From assembly GCA_020891255.1 (NCBI GenBank), contig BQFW01000004.1, positions 2,232,001 to 2,296,000 of the forward strand: a DNA stretch of 64,000 nt. The letters are read 5' to 3'. This document shows, in pieces, positions 58,571 through 64,000 of the stretch. The notes beneath the pieces were generated by a model. It searched no databases. It saw only the letters and a program-made list of their open reading frames with translations, and was not told the DNA's origin. This DNA comes from Entomortierella parvispora E1425. Its lineage: Eukaryota > Fungi > Mortierellomycota. Position 1 is the first letter of the stretch. The number at the start of each line of letters is the position of its first letter. The translations under genes were made by a program, and so were the position numbers.

Positions 58571-59564
58571 ATTGTATGAAGACCCTAAAAACAAGAAAAA
58601 ACAAGAAAAAAAAAGAGACAGCGTCCAATATGTTCGTTCGTCAATGTTAATAATAAAACAATAACAACAGAGTGGAGCGCTTCGCTCTTGCCGAGTTAAT
58701 AATAACCGCGTACTTGGGTAGATTGCGTGCTCGCAGACCTTTTAGGTAGATCATGTACATGAGCTGGTGTTGGTGTTGTACCTCGTCGATCAATGATTTA
58801 ATATATTCTTTTTCATTTTCGATACGGTATGGCTCGGGGCATTTCGGGGTTAGATGGGGACGAATGGTCTCCTGCTTGTCCTTTGTGTTCCCTTCTCCCC
58901 CTGGCTCAAGGGAGCCCGGAGACAAGATGGTATGCATACGATGATATAAATAACGGTGCTACCTGCCACCTCTCTTTTATTTTTCCACTGATCGTGCATG
59001 CGGATGCAGGTCCATCGATTGCAAGAGCACGAAAAGAAAAAAACAAAAAGCATGGACCAACCAACCAACCATCAAAGCTTGCCATGTTTACGAATGAGCA
59101 AAGCACCGCAAACAAAAAAAAAAAAGGTCCTTTTGGTCCATCGTTTGGAATTTGGTGCTTGCTGAGGACAGGAACTATAATTGTCTTTGCGCTTGACCAC
59201 CTTATTACTTTTTTATTTCATGTAAAAAGAGATGCTGGGACGTGATGGGGGTGGGGAGTAAAAAGAAAAAAAATAAGCAATAGGGTATGATACAGAGTGG
59301 ATAAGAGGGGAAGAAAAATCAAGAGAAAACAAGCAAATGAAAAAAAGGCAAGTGGAGGCAGCGTGTTATGAGAAAGAAAACAATGAACATGACGAAAATG
59401 AGCGAACCGTATAAGAAAATGAACGAACAGACACGAAAAAAAAAAAATGACGGGACATGCAACAATGACACAAAGGAAGAGCAGAGGATAATCAAAGACA
59501 AGAAAAAAAAAGAAAAACTACTACAGTGGATGAACACACATCCTCCTCCTGTCTCTTTTTCTCT

Positions 59565-60329
59565 TTAGTCAAAGTCCAAGAGTTCCCGGCTCCGGTCATT
59601 CATGATCTCCATCAGACTGAGGACACTGCCCAATAGCAAGATTTGCAGTCCCGTCTTGTCCACCACTTCAGCAACAGCTGAAGAGTGGATTATCAAGCGA
59701 TCAGAGGCGCCCGTGTGGCTACTCTGCAACTTGGCGACCTTGGTAGGGGGTCCCAGACTCGTCGAATGACACAACAACACATCAGAGCCTGGAGGCGCCA
59801 AGATCCCTTGTCCAGCACCGATTCCTGCCGTCCATTGATAGATCCGCCCCTCGAATTCAAACGCCCAACAGATACTGTTTCCGTTCGAGTGCAGGTCGGA
59901 CGAGACAAAGAAGGGTCGGTCGAAATCATAGTCGGACGAGACCGAGTTGGGGTAGGGCGATTGCAACTTTTTGTACTTGAGGGCGTTCTTCTCGGCCGCC
60001 TTCTTGAACGCGATCATGTCTCGGAATTGGACGCTGACCTCCTTGGTCTCTGTGGACAGGAACAGATCCAACAAATGTTCTCCTTTGTTCTTAATTTTGC
60101 ACACCTGATTGGACTTGTAGTCCTTGATGGTCATGTTGCGGTTCTGACCATCGGATTTCGATTGAAACGTGTAACTCTCCTTTTTGTTGTCGGATTGGCA
60201 CTTGATCTTTGGCGACAAGAGACCGCCGGCTGTGAGGGTGAAGGTCAAGGTCGGTTGCATCGAGGCCTGGTACGGTGCGGGCTCCAGACGGCTGCTCAGG
60301 ATCGCGGGTGCTGGACGCGTCAATGGCAT
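59565..60329 (-). CDS. Uncharacterised 254-aa protein, possible tubby-C/LURP-one/DUF6593-like fold
   Basis: Intronless ATG ORF with coding-like composition: alternating beta-strand pattern (WAFEFEGRIYQW) and a terminal hydrophobic helix GLQILLLGSVLSLMEI. The fold call is inference. Confidence 0.65.
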   Translation of the reverse strand: MPLTRPAPAILSSRLEPAPYQASMQPTLTFTLTAGGLLSPKIKCQSDNKKESYTFQSKSDGQNRNMTIKDYKSNQVCKIKNKGEHLLDLFLSTETKEVSVQFRDMIAFKKAAEKNALKYKKLQSPYPNSVSSDYDFDRPFFVSSDLHSNGNSICWAFEFEGRIYQWTAGIGAGQGILAPPGSDVLLCHSTSLGPPTKVAKLQSSHTGASDRLIIHSSAVAEVVDKTGLQILLLGSVLSLMEIMNDRSRELLDFD

Positions 60330-63300
60330 GGTTTTTGTATGAAATGTAACGTGTGGGTTTGAGAGGCCGGGAAAGAGACAAAGGGTAGGAGGGGAAAGGG
60401 GGATGCTGAATAGACGGTGGCGTAGGAGAAAAGGTTGTTGCGCTTGTCAATCCGTTGAAATTGGAGCGGGGAGAGAGATGGTCAAGGAAAAAGATGCACA
60501 CCTGTTATTCCTTTTTGACTTTTTGACGGAGGGGTGGAAAAGACGTTCGGTTGAACCCTTTTGTTGGATGGTTCGATTACGTGCAGCGGCTATTTTTTTC
60601 TTGGACGAATATCCTGTTGTCTGTGAGTATGAGAGTAGAGAGAGAAAGAGAGAAGAGAGCGTGCGGAAGGTGAGCACAAAATCGTCCAAGTAGACCTATG
60701 GAAGTTCCCGCGGATGATCGCAAGATTCTTTATGTTCTCTTGCTTGCTTGGCTCAGCGTTTTGGGGGTTTTTTTTGTGTGTCCGTTGAGTTCCGTTGGGT
60801 ATCACGTTGTGCAAGGAGAAAGAGAGAGAGAGAGAAGAGATACAGAAGAGGAGGGAGAGGAAGAGCAATTGAAACGAGGAAAAAAAAAGAGCATGGCGCG
60901 CTTTCTCTTCCTTTTTCTTTCCTGTCTGTCCCAACGATGCCCACGGAGGCAGGATGAATAGGGAGGATAGGGAAAAAGCACTACAGACGAATTTTGTTTC
61001 CACCCTCACCAACAGAAAGACCGTTCGCTGGGTAAACCAACATCCTCTCCACCTTTCTCCTCTTGCCTTCCTTGGACTAGCGCCAGAAAACGTGAGCGGA
61101 GAGCCAGCAATTGAACAAAGAAAAAAGAATGTGAAAACGAACCAGGAGAGCCAGGCAGACCACATTTTCTCTGGGTGTCTGGGTTGAGACGATCGGGAAA
61201 GCAAAAAGAAAAAAAGAAAAAAAAATTGTTGACAAACCCACTCCAATAAATCACAACAGAAGGAAAACAAAAATTAGGATTTACCACGAGGGGTTACCGA
61301 CATGTTGGCGCAAATCGATCGAAGAAACAAAAAAAAAAAAATGAAAACGAGTCAAGACAGGGGCACAAGGAGCTAAGGGCGAGGAACAACCAGTAGGGGA
61401 GGAAAGGAAAGTGGACAAGACATATAACAAAGGAGGTGAGAGCTGTTTGAGGCACCAACTGGTCATAGGCGGCACGCACCTGCAAGGGAAGAAGCACAAC
61501 AAAGACATACCTTTGGTAACTGAGAGCTGGGACACAACAATTGTCAAAAATTGTCCCGAGGCGTAGTGCAAGTGTACGGGTCAAAGATATTTGTCGAGCG
61601 AGAGAAAGCGAACGACAAAACTGCCGAGAAGGATGCAGCACAGGATAGGAGTATGCAAAGGAAGTGATCGATCTTCAGGAACGAAAAAAAAGAGTTTCTG
61701 TTCCTGTATGAGTGAGTGGTTTATGTTCCTGAGAAATGAATCAAAATTGAGGGAGTGGGGGGGGAGAACGGCAAAGAGGATGGAGGCAACTTTGGTGAAG
61801 TGCAGGCGCAAGTCGGCAGATGCAGTCGAAGGTGAGATTGGGAAGAGGACGCGGGAGTGAAGAGGCGAGTGAAAACGTGCAGTTTGGGACGTCAGCAGGG
61901 TGCGGGGATGAAGGTGTGCTTGTCTATAAAGTGAAGAGAAGAGAGAAAAGAAGGAAAAGAGAAGAGAGCAGTGACGAATAAAGTGGCGGATCCTCCGCCC
62001 AGTGATCGGCCTTCCTCTTTTTTTCTGTAATGCTGTACCACCGCAGTTGAGCGCTCCTCACCACGCCTTTTCCGCCCCGTCTCGTCTCCCTCTCTCCCTG
62101 TGCCCTGCTTGATTCCTGCGCCTCTCTTCACCCTTTTCCAAACCCATCTTTTTCATTGTGCATCGCCCAGCCCAGCTGGGGACAGCCTAGCAATAAAAAA
62201 GGTACCGCGGGAGAGCAGTGGGGCGGGCTGATGAGATGGAGAAAAAGAAAGGTCAAGCTGTTTCGCAGCCCTTGATTCACTTTTGGTCCATCGCTCTTTT
62301 GATCGACTCAATCCCCAGACGATAACCAATAATCAAGTCAATCAAGAACAAGGAACGATGCGCTGTCAGTCAGGGACCCTTGCAACAAGTTCGTCGCCCA
62401 TTTCTCAAACTCTCCCTCGCTCCCATCTTTGGGCACATAAAAGAAAAAAAACTCCCATGGTGGGGTTGGTGACCGACCTTCAACTGGCTCATTGTTACAC
62501 ATCGCACACTCAAACTTCTGCCTATCTATTGAGCTCCCCTTTCCTTCTCTCCTTCTCGAAAACTCACTTGTCTAGAAGCCGGAAAACGAAAGAAAACTCA
62601 ATTACCGAGAGCAATATTGCCTTCTTTGAGAATTTTTTCCTTCTTGTCTTCTGCTTTGCTCGTCCATTACGAGCTGTCAGTAGGGGATAAGGATGTTACG
62701 AGAAGGAAGAAGGAGAAAAAAAAGTAGGGTGGGTTGGAAATGCACTTGTCCTCTTCATTTGAGAAGGCACTCCCGAAAAAGATCAGCATTCGCGTCCAGG
62801 GTGAGAAGCCGGAGCAGGCGTGGTAAGATCGGGTCCAGGTCGCGTCCTGACATCTGCCCCTTTATTTCGTGCATGTCTGCATGGGCACAGGCACACGATA
62901 CACCCGCACCCACCACCCAAAAGAAAACAATTGCCATGCATGCAGCCCTCTTTTGCTTGTTTCTCATTATTGTTTGCATGAACGTCTGAGCGGGGCAACG
63001 GGAGAAGGGACTTGAGACCCAATGGGTGAGTAGATCCGAACCAACAATGAGCCAGATCCATGTCCAATTTCTCCTTCTTGCCGAGATCCAAGCTCATTTC
63101 AACTCCACGAGTCTTGCCCCTGACAACAGACACATTTAGCTCTCGTCCCTTTTCCTTTCCCAAGATCCAAAAACGAAAAATAAAAAAGATGGGTGCCACT
63201 GAATCAAAATCGGGGTTCATTGCCTCATTTTCTATTTACTGGGGATGAAAGAATCTTGCACGAGCAAACCAAATCGGCAGAGCAGTTGGAGTCAGAGACC

Positions 63301-63586
63301 GCCGATACACGCGTGTAGCGAACGGTACTCCTCCACAGATACCCTGAACAAATAAATGTTTGGCACAGTGGTGGCCATTCAATGACGAACTTATTCTCCC
63401 CATCCCCTTCGTAAGCACGTTGCAGCACAATGGACATAAGGTAACCCGTGCCCCAAAGGATGGTGTGGACACAAGAACACAAGGTCAGTAAAACTCGCCG
63501 AGAGAAAACGGGATCGGCGTTTGGAAAGAAGTCCATGAAAGTGACCAAAACAGCCAACAGGGACCACAGACAGAGAAAAAAAAGAC

Positions 63587-64000
63587 TCAATGAACCAGCC
63601 TAATTTCTTTCCAGCGCCTCTCTCTCTCACTGTTGTTGTTACTGTACTTGGGTCTGCGGTCGATGGTAATGACCATAAAAGTTGGTTGTTGAGCCCACTT
63701 CCTTTCCGACTTTTTTCTTGGTTCCTTCTTTTCCTCGTCCCCCAATTCAAGGTCCCGTCGGTTCGGTGTGCCATTCTGAAGTTAAAAAAGAAAAAAACGT
63801 GGCACTGGGTGGGTACCTCTCGCTCTCATACAAAATCAACTTTAGGCAGCGCCCATATTTTCATAGTCTCCCGATTTGCCAATTCGTCATCAGCAGGTTT
63901 ATTTTCGAGACACCTGGCGGCTATGAGCTCATGTATCGCTGCTTGGGTAGAGGGAGAAAGGGAGTTACTGGATATATCTATATCCATCCAGATAGGAATA
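63587..64000 (-). CDS. Possible 3' part of a gene entering from the right edge (or a pseudogene)
   Basis: The frame is open from the edge (IPIWMDIDISSNSLS..IWALPKVDF). A putative 56-nt intron 63831..63776 (GTATGA..TTCAG) joins in frame to NGTPNRRDLEL..RLVH* (TGA at 63589-63587). No recognisable motif. Confidence 0.25.

Overview
Eukaryotic (fungal) genomic DNA with many spliceosomal introns, long A/T homopolymers, (AG)n tracts and polyQ proteins. The style suggests an early-diverging fungus such as Mortierellaceae/Mucoromycota (inference, not a database result). By joining exons across splice sites by eye I can support about 19 protein-coding genes and one tRNA. In order: PTC7-like PP2C phosphatase (5'-truncated), DDB1/Rse1/Mms1-type beta-propeller protein, squalene synthase ERG9, tRNA-Thr(UGU), Rap1/Rsr1 GTPase, PIG-A/SPT14, SYF1, URB1/NPA1, IDH1, ATP16, alpha-arrestin, Zn2Cys6 polyQ factor, single-pass PY-motif membrane protein, YML020W-like alpha/beta hydrolase, beta-hydroxyacid dehydrogenase, secreted DPBB/expansin-like protein, MATA/Sox-type HMG factor, coronin and a tubby/LURP-like orphan. 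A weak partial gene may enter from the right edge. There is no CRISPR array, intact transposon or biosynthetic cluster. I found no clearly new multi-gene system. The best leads are modest: (i) an uncharacterised hydrolase ending in the peroxisomal signal SKL, where retaining the last intron would remove it; (ii) three L/PPxY-bearing proteins within 12 kb, including a dehydrogenase with a PPAY tail; (iii) RTCACGTG boxes seen only in promoters, two sharing a 17/18-nt extended motif; (iv) two GC-AG introns, one 1040 nt long; (v) a perfect 18-bp inverted repeat 120 bp upstream of the tRNA; (vi) CCG direct repeats inside the intron that splits the Zn2Cys6 DNA-binding domain. Exon boundaries were read manually and need RNA-seq confirmation.
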